Virus record (IMG/VR): IMGVR_UViG_3300045988_119278
Source of the DNA: a virus
Length of the DNA stretch: 24,276 nucleotides
Direction: 5' to 3' (one strand)
In this document: piece by piece, positions 24,221 to 24,276 of the stretch
Position numbering within the stretch: position 1 is the first letter of the stretch
Layout of the letters: each line of letters begins with the position of its first letter
The notes under the pieces: model-generated
Told to the model about the DNA's origin: nothing
What the model saw: the letters and a program-made list of their open reading frames with translations, nothing else
Databases searched by the model: none
Program-made: the position numbers and the translations under genes

Positions 24221-24276
24221 ATAACAACCTCCTTACTCTACCCAAAAGGCATAGATATAATAATCTCTTGAACTTA
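24158..24276. repeat. Terminal overlap copy 2, identical to 1-119
   Basis: Direct string comparison. Confidence 0.95.

Overview
The window is one complete AT-rich tailed-phage genome. Bases 1-119 are identical to 24158-24276, so the unique length is 24,157 bp and the contig is circular or circularly permuted. Nearly all genes are on the minus strand. They form a siphovirus-like module: terS, terL, portal, MuF, a fibre/adhesin cassette, scaffold, capsid, connectors, major tail protein, a frameshifted chaperone pair, tape measure, Dit-like, and a giant Tal/fibre protein. There is also a small regulatory module (two RHH proteins, one wHTH protein) and a lysogeny module (tyrosine integrase next to a tRNA-Leu-like attP).

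The main observation is that the standard-code ORF track is fragmented only at TAG. By hand translation I count about 63 in-frame TAG codons, and each one rejoins the same reading frame in conserved proteins. Every CDS then ends at TAA or TGA. This fits amber reassignment, most likely to Gln (code-15-like).

The 3.1-kb integrase/attP/switch block contains no in-frame TAG. I found no suppressor tRNA, release factor or endolysin in the window. All coordinates and translations were derived by hand, without tools, so boundaries may be off by a codon and all family names are motif-level calls.
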